Of a stretch of DNA of 64,000 bases, positions 52,209-64,000 are shown one piece after another. This DNA comes from Auanema rhodensis. Its lineage: Eukaryota; Animalia; Nematoda. Both the position numbers and the translations under genes were made by a program. Under the pieces are notes generated by a model. It did no database searches and was not told the origin of the DNA. It was given only the letters and a program-made list of their open reading frames with translations. Location: the NCBI GenBank assembly GCA_964057225.1, contig OZ059895.1, forward strand, positions 5,642,001 through 5,706,000, in the 5' to 3' direction. Positions within the stretch are counted from its first letter, which is position 1; every line of letters begins with the position of its first letter.

Positions 52209-52485
52209 TTTGTTCTTAGTACCCTGAGGTTGGAAACCACCAAAGTACCTAAAAAAATATATAATAGAACTAAAATTAAGAATAAAACAAGAACACAAGC
52301 ATAGCAATATAAAAGAAGACAAAAACTATAAAAGAATACTAATTAACTACTAAAATCTTTCATTCTCTTTTCACATTAGCAAAAAAAAGGAAGAAGACAA
52401 CTAAAGAAAGCGATGCTCAACTGCCTAACACCACTATGCGAGCATCTGACATTAACAAAATTTTGGGCCTTTGTTGTCTATATGA

Positions 52486-52530
52486 CGGTGCGTCGAGGCG
52501 TGTTTCGACGCCGCGACGCTATATATTTGA
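52486..52530 (-). promoter_or_regulatory. Candidate rpl-41 core promoter: TATA-like element with a GC-rich inverted repeat
   Basis: The inverted repeat cggtgcgtcga...ttcgacgccg (52486-52513) sits beside atatatag on the minus strand, ~280 bp upstream of the rpl-41 ATG. Confidence 0.35.
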
Positions 52531-52897
52531 AAGTTGGCCTTCTGCCAGATATGCTATTTTTAGAACAGATCGGAGATGTTATCTAAATTACAGAAGCGTT
52601 TTTTTATAATTATGCATATTTCCGTTTATTTTTTGTTTATATTTTGTACAGTAATGTGATCACATGAAAGATATAAAAAATATTGAGTATATATACATTG
52701 TGAATTACTTATTTATAATAGGATTGTAATGTTTACAACTTGGTGTGTTACTAAGCAGTTTTTATGTCTGTTTTGAAGGTTCATTCTTGAAGTTTTCATC
52801 CAAGACTAGTTGTGATCGTTTGATCGTTAATTAATAATAATATTTGACTCTATGCAAAAATGACATAATACAATGTTATCTGCGTCCCTTTCCCAAG

Positions 52898-52898
<1 letters not shown>

Positions 52899-52931
<33 letters not shown>
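52899..52931. repeat. (AT)n microsatellite
   Basis: Read directly. Confidence 0.9.
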
Positions 52932-52937
<6 letters not shown>

Positions 52938-54188
52938 GCATTTTTTATGATGTGCGGAAGGTTCAGTGTATAAGGTTAACAATTCCAATCCGTTTATAAC
53001 TTCTCTCTGATTTTAACCAGAAAATATTGTTTGTTGTAGAGATTCTATTATTTGATCGTTGTCCACATTCCACCGAATATTTTCAGGCTTGCTTCTCTTT
53101 TAATTTGCTAAGTCAGGATGAAAGCTGGCAGGCTTCTTGTTATTATTACTTCTTAAGTCATGAGGAAAATATACTTTAATCTTATTGTTAGTAAATTGAA
53201 AGAGATCTAGATTAACTGATTACTTTTTCACAATTAATTTTGTTCAGTTTTTCATGAAGGCTTCATAATATATTGTGGCAAATTAATTGTTCATCTCCGA
53301 GTGTCCTTGGTCACTTTTTTTTGATGGATGAATGTAGAAATCCTTCCGAATGTTTCTGCCATGTAACATCCTTTGTCTGAAGAAGACTGCTTTGTTTGTA
53401 AATGTCTTGTTTAAACATTGATGATGGGTCATAATTTTGTCTACTTTTTCCTCCAAATATTCGTATCACGACTTCATGACGTGTAATCTTCCAGTCTTTT
53501 GTTAGCATTTCCTCAGCTTGGTGCCAATCTAGTCCTTCATTCAAAAATCCTTGTCGTCTACATCTTTATCTGAGGTCTTCGATTTGGCTATCGCATCCTC
53601 ATGTATTCACTGGTTTTTGCGCCTTGCGCTCTGCTCCTCTTCTCCGCTCTCTCTTTCTACTCAATTTGTCATTTATCCACCCGAGTTGCGCTCTATCTAA
53701 TTGAAGATGGCTGAGTTTCAGGCAGATAGCTCCCGTTCGAACCACATTTTGATTTTGCTCCTCACTTTTCAACCAATCCTTTATTTACGTATAGTGTTTA
53801 TGAATTCAAAGCTTTTTTCTTTTTATCTCTCTCTCTATTTCTCTGGACACATGTCATGTTTTCGTTTCATGCACACCTTTTATCGACTTTTTTGATTCAT
53901 CCTCCCATAGGCGGGGCTACGGCATTAAGCTTCTAGTTGTCTCAATGTGCTGAGCCATTTCGGACTTTCCTCATATTTCTGAATTGCCCACTTTATTCTC
54001 ACTTTCGTGCTTATAAATTGTTTCTTTTTAAATATTAAAATTAGTAGAATTTATAATAGATCATGATTGTTTCAGTTATGCTAAGAAGATTAACAAAATA
54101 TTAACACACGAAATAATTTTCCATCTACTAATCATTCCAGTAGGTTTAAGTAGCCTTTTTTTTATTATCTGTTCATCTTAGATTCATT

Positions 54189-56846
54189 ATGGATCCAGAT
54201 GTTGAATTTAATGCACTTGCTGCTGTCTATCAGAGTGTAATTCAAGATATTAAGGTAAATAGTTTTTATATATCTACATTTCCTGAAAAGAATAGAAAAT
54301 AGTAATTTTAACCTGAAACATTTTCTTTTCGTGTATTCGAATTTTTGAGTGTCAGTTGTAATCTCTTCGTTTGATGAGAAAGTCTACTCCTGATTTATGG
54401 GTCGGTCTTGCTAACATTAGCAGTTTGTATATTATAATAGTTCAACATTTTCTGAGAAAATAGAATAAATGATATATTAATGGAGGTTTTCCACCATTAT
54501 CGCTGTTTTGTCCTGGTTTTGTCGAAATTCTCCTGGAATTTCTCTCTGACGTGTCACTATGTCTATGAATAGAGCAATGCAAAAAGAGAGTGTCTGCGAC
54601 GATGTGCTCTCTTGATATTTGGCACTTAGAAGCGAGCACGGAAATACATATGGAGTGCTCCTTCTTGGTTGTGTGGTCCTGTTGGTAGCTGTGGTGCTCA
54701 GCAAAGAAATAAAAGACCATTTATGAAGCAAGAATTGCAAGTGGTTTATTCGCGAAAATCAAGGGTACCTTCTGTGTTTCTGTCATACTAGATAACAATT
54801 GCTAATGATTATGGGAGTATTTGCAGAATTAATTGAATATTTTATTAATCCTTTCTGATTTTAGCACTCGTATCCAGCTTGGGAAGTGGTTGGACAAAGG
54901 GCTTTGAAACTTTCTCAACAACTTAAAGCAACTGTTCATTGTTTAACAGCTTTTGTCGATTCCATTCAAGCTGTTAGCGACTATGCAAACAATTTAAAAG
55001 GTTTTATTCCATTTTTGGTTATTTCCTTATATAATATCATAGGAGCTTCTCGTGATGTTGGCGCTTGTGTCACACGTATCTGCATGAGGGAACGAGCGAT
55101 CGAGACCCGTCTACGCTCCGTTGCTGATGCTTTGTCCGAGGAATTGGCAGTAGCTGTCCAGCAACGAACAGGATATTGGAAACAGAGAACACAGGAATTG
55201 GATAAATCCGCCTCTAAGCATGTGAAGAAGGTTCGATTTTTTAAAATAAACACAATTTAAGATGGTTTTTATTTTTAGGTCAGGGGAAGAAAAGGTCGCC
55301 CAGATGAAGCTTCTTTATCGGAGCAGCGACACCTATGTGCTCAAGTTTTGACTGAACAAAGAGCTCAATTTTCATTTTTCATTAACTCTATGATGCCTTT
55401 CTTGGTATTTATATCTTCATGTTCTGATTCGTTTTATTATTTGTTTTATAGAATGCTCAACTGAATGCCTTAGATGAAGGTCCACATATAAGACAGGTTG
55501 TGGAAACGTTGGAAGATACTATGAAAGTAATATTTGTTTTCTCTACCTGATAATTGCTTTTTTTCATAGGGTGTCGATGGCCGCATGCTTGCAGAAAACA
55601 TGGTTGCCGATATTTCTCAGGGAGCTGATAACACTTGGAGACAATGTCTGTCGTCAGCTGCCACTAACTCTTATTTAAATTTGGATGATTCTGTTTCCCT
55701 AAGGGCTGTAACTCCTGGAAGCACATTTAGCAGTCAGTTCTCTTGATTTGTCGTCTTTAACTCATCATTTTTTACAGATGATGATGATATGACTCCTCAG
55801 GGAGCTAGACCTCGAACTATTTCTGTCGGACCTCGATACGATCACGCTACCATAAATAGCCAGACATTTGTACCTAATTGTAAACCGCCTCTTCAGAGAA
55901 GACCAAGTGAGAGAAGCTTAATAAAGGTAGGATGATGAATATTTTTTTATACCATGATTGAATTTGTAGACATCATCCACTCCTCCACCAGAAATAATGC
56001 CGCCATCTGCCTATCGAGCAAGTCATATAGACTTAAGCCCAACGGGCAGTGGTCGCGTTCAACGACCTCAAAGTTTCACTGGAGAGCTAAGAACGATTTA
56101 TAACGTTAGATTCTTCATGGGAATTCTTGTATTACATTACACTTTTAGTATCATCCACCTTCGTCTTTCGGTATAACACCATATCCTGCTGTCATAAGTA
56201 GTTCATGTAGTAGTTCGGATGCTTCTTCGGCTTTAATAGCTGAAACGTTGCAACAGATAGGTAATATTAAGCATTTAAATCCGTCTTAGTTCTTTATTTT
56301 TATATAGATCAACTCGGAAGTGACTTGGATAACTATTGTATAGCTGCAGATAACAAAGGATTGTCCAATCCAAGTCATGGCTCAACTCAAAGGCCGGGTG
56401 GACTTGAGAAGAGTGCCTCCGCTACCGTTGCTAATGGTGTACGAATGAGATCAGGTATTTTTTTTTCTTTAATGGAAGCTACGTTTTTTTCCTAGAAAGT
56501 GCAACAAGACCACCGCCACCTCCAACCAGACGTAGCAGCACTATTACAGCTGCCACTCCAACTGCTCCCTCTGTTGCTGAAGCAAGATTAAGCATGGGAT
56601 CAATGATGGGTGAGAGCTTCGTACTACGTATTTTTTTCTTTTAATCTACGAGTGATTAGGGATTCGAATTCCCTATTTTCTTTTAAAGTAGAAACTTCCG
56701 ACTGCAAATTTTTATTTTTAGGTAGTCGCCAGTCCCTCAATTCCTCAGGGGTATTCTGTAGCATGGGATCATCATCAGATCTTCGATATAGCAACGTGAA
56801 TCCTTATGCTCGCCAAAACTCTGTACAGCCTCAGTTCAAAATTTAA
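54189..56846 (+). CDS. IMD/I-BAR domain protein (MIM/MTSS1-like)
   Basis: VIQDIKHSYPAWE...KLSQQLKATVHCLTAFVDSIQAVSD...GASRDVGACVTRICMRERAIETRLR matches the MTSS1 IMD; Ser/Pro-rich tail with RPPPPPTRRSS. Confidence 0.88.
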
Positions 56847-59186
56847 TAAGTCAGTTTTACACTTTCGTTGCTTGTGACCAAATGTTAATAGTGATGTGTT
56901 TTGATGTTTACGTAGAATATATGTTTTCCAAATTTGATTGTATGCCTTGCAATAATTCGCCTTCCCATTTTTCTTTCAATATTTGCATGATTTGAAGTTT
57001 TACTGTTTTAAGCTGGCTTGTTCTCTATAAGAATGGGTAAGATTCTTGGGTCTACTTATGTATATTCTAATAATAGTCTGTTGTTTAACTATTAGATATT
57101 GTCCTCCTATAATGTCAGGATTAAAATAATTGATCTTTCTGTTTTCATTGTAGGTTATTATATAGACACCGTGAAAATATAATACTAATAGAACCAACCT
57201 GTAATAGAATGTTTTTTTGTATTTGATTTATGCCAATTATCTTTCTCGAGAATAATTATGTGAAATCAATTCAAATAGTAACATACAAATGTCTAAATAG
57301 TTGATAACTGTTACAAAGAAAATGAAAGAACAACTGAATATCTTTATGTAATGTCATACTACAGAGTCATTGTTACATATATAGGCATTGGAATACTAGT
57401 TGTGGTTCATCAAAAAGTACTTGCGTGATTGTTTATTTTCAAAAGAAATCATGTTCAGAACGGTCGACTTTTTTTCCAATCGGACCTTGGAATTAATAAT
57501 ATTTCAATTAATCTTCGTTATTTAGAATTTGAGTTCACTTTACATCAATTCCATTTTTAGAAGCTGAATAAAAAATATTTTACAAGGTTACGTCAGATAT
57601 GGATTGTTCTTTCAACTTTGTTATCATTTACTATTTTTTCTTCTGATTGATGGTTATAGTGAATTGAAAGGAGAACATAGCAGTCGATAATACAAAAACC
57701 ATGACCTACGAAAAAAATATTGGCAGCCACTTAAATATTCTTGTTAACTTAACAACAGTTAAATCATTTCTAGGGTAATCTTTATCGTATTCTTTAGAAA
57801 TAACAATAATCATTCATAATGATCAATTTATCAAGAAGATTAGAATGTTAAAGGTTCTTAGACCACAAAAACAGCTTTTTTTTGGTGTGAAACAAATAAG
57901 AAACTTGCATGCCTACTGTGATTAAAAACTATTTATTTCCGATTATATCATCACGTCATAAAAGCAAAAAATATTGTTTGAAAGATTAAAGTTCAGCATA
58001 TTTGAACTTGAAACGATTCAAAACCCATAGCCTTATATAGACCAAAGCTTGTGCTTGCTGGTCGGACGGAATATCTAAATTCTGTTTGAAACTAACTATG
58101 TAAATAGTAAATTTTCAATCTGATCTCATTTATGTAAAGAATATTATGGTAATGTATGATTTTATATTGTTTTTTATCTATAGTTATATAATATATATTG
58201 GTAATCTCGTAGTATATTAGTCTTGCAAGTTTTTTTTCAAATATTTGGATTTTTGTTTGAATAAATGCAATTTGAATCAACTCAAGTCAGCCCAGTTTTG
58301 CTTAATCTTTCATATGGGCCATAGATACAGTAAGCATTTCTCTCTATATATATCCATATATAAAGCAAAAAGTATTATTCCTGTAATCTATTTTTGATTT
58401 TCAAAGACAATAAACGAAATTCAAGACGTTAAGCAGGCAATAAAGTACGTTAAAAGGTCAGAAACAGATGAATAGAATGACGACGACGTCAACGATTGCC
58501 AATTGTGTTAGCGAACAGATGACAGAAGGCGGACTATCACTCTCAAGCCAGTTTAATCAGGTATAGGTACGATTATCATTCTACAGTCACACTGTCATCA
58601 TTTCTGTTTCTCAACCATCAACATAGTTGTGTCTCTAACGACGTTGCTATTGCTGCTACTATTTCAGCGCAATCATTTTTCTATTTTACTTATGTTCAGC
58701 ATTTTAAAGATCAGCTCCTAAGTCTTTAACGATATTTTCATCTATCTTTCATATTGAATTATCTTTGGGTTTGTCGCAATTGTTTCTCCGCCTACTGCGT
58801 TGGCTATATAGATCATAGCGCCCTAGGCATCACCTCTGATACGATACCATAGGATTCAATTAGCCTAGCAAAGGCTAAATGGACTGTTTAGTTCAATTGG
58901 CCTTATTTTTATAGTTTAATGAATGTCTAAATTTAAATTTTACATGTAATAATAGATTTTCTCTTAATGAAACCTTACCTATCATCTTCTGGAGACTCGT
59001 TGTCTACCATTTTAGCTGACTAGCTAGGTGTCATCAATCGCAATGATGTTGACAATGTTTTAGAATTGTATCATTTTTTTGATAATTAACTATTTCGTTT
59101 TATTTTTTTGAATATTCAACTTGATTTTTTTGAACAATATTGTCTTAACTATTACATATAATATATAATATTTATATATTTATAGT

Positions 59187-61611
59187 ATGACCAAGGTACA
59201 TGATGATCCCAATAATGACAAAAGTATAGATAAAAAGGTAATAAGTACATCAAGTTCACATACTAAAAATTAATTTTTCAGACAGTAACTGATGAAAAAA
59301 CATATACTAGATATCTTATATTAACTATAACTATTATATGTTTATCATCTATTATGGCAAATATTGTCTGTTTTAATTTTACTGTATTGTGTATGCCAGG
59401 AATTCAGAAAAGTTCCGTTTTGGATGTCAACTCAAACTCAGTAAGTTGACATCTCTATACACCTGTCGAAACATATAAATATTATAAATAACTAATCAAT
59501 ATAATTGATCAAATATTTGATATTATTAGTTATTATTTGATTAAATAAAAAACAAACAAAAAAAAATATATTAATCTAATATAGTTTGAGTTCAAAACAT
59601 CAGACATAGCGATTGTTCTAAACTTATTTAGCAAATGATATATTAAAAATACGAGAGTTGGTCAAGATTGTCATACTGTTTACTGATCGTTTGTCCTTAT
59701 GATTAATGAATTCTCTGGAGTTTTATCGATATTATTCTAAATTCACGTTGTCTGATGACCCAATCTTGTAATCTTTCGATTATAGACATTGACGACGACA
59801 ACAAAGCAAAATGAAGGATATTCCAAAAATCAAAGAACATTATTATTCTCTGCTGTAGCTATTGGAGCTCTTGTATCAGTAGTTCCATTTTCACATCTTA
59901 TAACTACTGTGGGAAGTCGAAAAGTATGAAATATCTAAATGAATTTTTTCATTTATTAAGTGAAAAAAACATTGAACTCTCATTTTTTTTCAGATGTTTA
60001 CGTTAGCTGGATTATTAACAGCAGTTGCTACAGGCCTTATTCCTCTTGTAGCTAGTAAGGATCTCAACTTATTTTTACTTCTTCGTTTCGTACAGGCATG
60101 TGCATTAGATGATGTAAGACATCAGCTAATATTCCATCATTATAGGGAATTTCATTCTCAGCTTGTATGCCAACAGTTGGAAGTGTAACATCTTCTTGGG
60201 CTACATTGGCTCAAAATGGCCTCTTTATTGCAGTTTTAACTACTTTCGCTCAAATCAGTGCAATTTTTTCAATGCCTATTTCCGGAGAATTATGTGAATC
60301 ATCATATGGATGGCAATCAATATTCTATCTTCACTCCGTTTTTTGTATAATTGTATTTATTATTTTCTATGTAATATATCGTGAAAATCCAGGTATTTTT
60401 ATCAATTTAAGGTTTTCTATACACTATTATACTATTCTTCTTTCAGCCAATCATTCATGGGTCTCTGAATATGAACTTAACTTGATAGTTCAAGGTAAAA
60501 CTGGTATAAGCACAGTAACATCAGGAAAGGACGATGTGAGAGAAAGAGAAAAGGTGCCTTACTTGGCGATTATGACAACACCTAGTGTTTGGGGTATATG
60601 GATTGGAGCTTTAGGTGATCTAATAGCCATTCAAGTATGTTTCAAATATGTTTTCTCTGACAAAATAACAAATACTTGTTTTGCCACGAGAATTTAATTG
60701 AATTATTACAGCTGATTCATACATTTTCACCCCTCTATATGCGTCAAGTTTTACAGTATTCTGTACATAAAACTGGATTTGCTGCTGCTGTTCCTGTGCT
60801 TATGCAATTTTTTGTCAAAGTTTGTTGTTTTTTTCACAAAAATTTCATTCAAAGGAAAAAAATTCGAATATGGTATATCTTATATGCAGGTGTTTGCTGG
60901 ACATAGCTCAGACCGCATTACACATGTATCGGAAACAGCAAAGCTTCGAATTTATAATTCGGTAGCTCTTGGAGTTAGCGCTTTATTCATGATTGGCTTG
61001 GCTTTTGTTACAAAAGGTTTGATTTTCAAAATCAATTGGCATTCAAGTTCATTTTAGGACAATCCACATTAGGTATAATACTTATAAGCTTAACTACAGC
61101 CATGTTTGGATTCAATGGTGGAGGTTTTAATAAGGTTTGTTTTTCAACATAAGTTTTTAATTTAGATGAATAATTATATTTTAAATCTTTGAACAATATA
61201 TATCTTCAGTGTGCTACTCTTGTATCTCGTCAATACAGTCCATTTGTATTAGGAAATATCCAATTCATTTGGTGTATAGCCATGCTCTTTTGCCCAATTT
61301 TGGTAAGCAAATTTTACAAATTATAGAGTAAAATGGTTTAAATTCATATGTATATGATATCTATGCTATCTGTCATTTGTTTTTCACTGAGTAAATTGAA
61401 ATTTTTTTAGAAATAGATACTATTTTAGGTATCAATGCTTCTTCAAACAGGAGACATATCTGAATGGCGCTTAGTTTTCCTGGTTCATGCTGCAATTCTT
61501 ATTCTCTCAAACTTGTTCTTCTGTTTGGTAGCTACTGCTAGACCAGCACCGTGGACAGATAGCTCAATTACAGCTACATCAAAGAAAAATATTCCGCTTT
61601 ATGCAGCTTAA
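59187..61611 (+). CDS. SLC17-type major facilitator superfamily transporter
   Basis: TRYLILTITIICLSSIMANIVCFNFTVLCM, LRFVQGISF, MPISGELCESSYGWQSIFYLH, GGFNKCATLVSRQYS and PAPWT near the C-terminus. Confidence 0.92.
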
Positions 61612-62333
61612 ATAAGAATCTTTCTTGGAAAATCATGTAAATTCAACATAATTTTAAGAAACAATACGGGGTTTTTCACTTATATCTAATATAATGATAC
61701 ATTTAATAAATATGTTGTACATAATCTGTAGTTATATAACATCAAGTATGTATTTAGCAGTCCTTGAATATTTCATTTTAACATGTCAATCCACTGATAT
61801 CATTTGAAAACCTGGTATTTCAGATGCTGAAATATTATATAAAATGGATAAAAGTCTTACATAATTAGTAAATTAGAATAAATTCAGAAAGACATACGTT
61901 ATTCAATTAACATTTTTTCATTTTTAATGGTTTTACACGTGCTAAACGGTTGAATGTGATCTGCTCGCCTCACGTCATAGTCTAGTCTCTCTTGCTCTAT
62001 TTTTTCATTTTAAATTAAAACCGAAAATAATATAGAAAGTGTTGACGCTGGCGCACCTTTTTTGCCCAAATGCGATTTTGCAGATTTTCAACAATTTAAA
62101 AACATTTTTTCATTGAAAATCATCCTTAATTTCCCCACAATGTGTCATTTTTCAAAAATGACCAAAATTTGTCTGGCGCACCACTTACCCATTTGGCCCA
62201 CTTTCAATTTTACTTGTATTTATTGTTTTTATTGCTATTAAATGACGAATCTGAGATTCGATAAAAATCTTGAACCTCTGACAAACATTGATCTCATTTC
62301 TTTGGTAGACACATTAAAGATCAAGAATTTTAG

Positions 62334-62896
62334 TATTACATAGAAAATAATAAATACAATTATACAAAAAACGGAGTGAAGATAGAATATTGATTGCCAT
62401 CCATATGATGATTCACATAATTCTCCGGAAATAGGCATTGAAAAAATTGCACTGATTTGAGCGAAAGTAGTTAAAACTGCAATAAAGAGGCCATTTTGAG
62501 CCAATGTAGCCCAAGAAGATGTTACACTTCCAACTGTTGGCATACAAGCTGAGAATGAAATTCCCTATAATGATGGAATATTAGCTGATGTCTTACATCA
62601 TCTAATGCACATGCCTGTACGAAACGAAGAAGTAAAAATAAGTTGAGATCCTTACTAGCTACAAGAGGAATAAGGCCTGTAGCAACTGCTGTTAATAATC
62701 CAGCTAACGTAAACATCTGAAAAAAAATGAGAGTTCAATGTTTTTTTCACTTAATAAATGAAAAAATTCATTTAGATATTTCATACTTTTCGACTTCCCA
62801 CAGTAGTTATAAGATGTGAAAATGGAACTACTGATACAAGAGCTCCAATAGCTACAGCAGAGAATAATAATGTTCTTTGATTTTTGGAATATCCTT
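62334..62896 (-). pseudogene. 563-bp inverted partial duplicate of the SLC17 gene (copy of 59814-60376, introns included)
   Basis: It is the reverse complement of 59814-60376. Both segments are 563 bp, the ORF-track peptides are identical and no mismatch was seen in spot checks. It starts and ends mid-exon. Confidence 0.93.
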
Positions 62897-63077
62897 ACTT
62901 ATATTACAATTTGATAAAAAATGAAGGTTATCTTTATTTATTTGTGTCATTTTGCATCACAAATTATTATTTTTTGAATATAATTGAACATATTTTATCA
63001 GTTAATTGTGGATATAATCTTTGATTTACGTCTTTTATTATACAATATATATTGTTTATACATCCATTCATACATTC

Positions 63078-63109
<32 letters not shown>

Positions 63110-64000
63110 CTAAAAATCTATGATATCTGGATGATTTCAGTATACTTATATATCAATATATACATATAGTAGATATATGGAGATATATATACATATGAAT
63201 GAACATTATAATTAAGTATAAAAAGAATAGAGAAATTGCTCATTCGAATCAGAATTTAAACAGGATTGTATAATCTATAAATGCTTCATAACCCAATAAA
63301 ATTTTGAATTTATATTATTTTATTTAAAAATGTAATATGTGAGTTATCATGTTTCTAATTAGAAGATATAGATTTTTTTCTTTTAAATAATATTTATAAC
63401 AATTAGTTAATATATATCATATATTATCATATATATATATATATAAGTATATATAAAGTATATTCTTTTCATTTTATTTTTTTTTATTTTTTATGGAAAT
63501 AAAATTTAAAAAAAGAGACTTTTGGATTTGCTTTATAACTATTTGCAGTCCAGAAATCTACTTCTTCATGTAAAATCTGATAAATGTTTAATTGATTCTG
63601 TTCTGATTTTCGAAAGATAAAGCTAATATACCTGAATTTCTAAGTAGGAACTTGGAGCACAAACAAAAACGGATAACGAGCATGAAATAAGAAATTCTAA
63701 AAGAAAAGTTTTCATAAACTTTCTTACCTGTTTCACACTTCATAGCTTACTTGGCAAAGTGCCAATTTTGATATTATCATTATGCAACCGATCTAGTCTT
63801 CTTATAAGTCTCAATTTCAAATACAATATGAGATTTGACGCAGATTCTAAAAAAAGTTTTTTTTCCGCTTTTTTAACTTTTTCATTAATAATCACGTGCT
63901 ATTATTATATTCCAAATTGTTTTTAGCCAAAGATATGCTTCAATGCTTTCAAATACTCGTTTAATTATCAGTTGAATAAGGATTTGTCTGTTTTCGGAGG

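Noticed and set aside
62238-62716. Second functional transporter gene
   Set aside because: Only a mid-gene fragment without a start or 3' exons; treated as an inverted duplicate.

Overview
AT-rich genomic DNA from a eukaryote, almost certainly a clade V (rhabditid) nematode. Evidence for this is cuticle collagens, nlp-38, mut-2, introns mostly about 45-55 nt, and trans-splice-type acceptors just upstream of ATGs. Gene models were hand-spliced from the sequence and no database searches were run. In order, the window holds: CT-microsatellite-rich DNA; the MIP/allatostatin-B neuropeptide gene nlp-38; a ~2.4 kb decayed Polinton/Maverick (adintovirus-like) relic next to tRNA-Arg(ACG), containing an adenain protease pseudogene, a pPolB C-terminal fragment and a Polinton-type hypothetical gene; a small orphan gene; two cuticle collagens; and a FAM76 homolog. 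Next is a minus-strand operon-like run: M1 aminopeptidase > mut-2/rde-3 poly(UG) polymerase > divergent cN-III 5'-nucleotidase > conserved cN-III with a predicted membrane-anchored isoform. After that come PNISR/rsy-1, an ER thioredoxin-domain membrane protein, a ~7 kb CT-rich gene-poor stretch, macoilin (maco-1), a nicotinic alpha subunit with an altered pore ring, rpl-41, an I-BAR (MIM/MTSS1) gene and an SLC17-type MFS transporter. A 563-bp, apparently identical inverted copy of part of that transporter lies downstream of it. The most notable items are the Polinton relic, the mut-2 plus twin-nucleotidase cluster, the inverted duplication and the frequent AAG/GAG splice acceptors.
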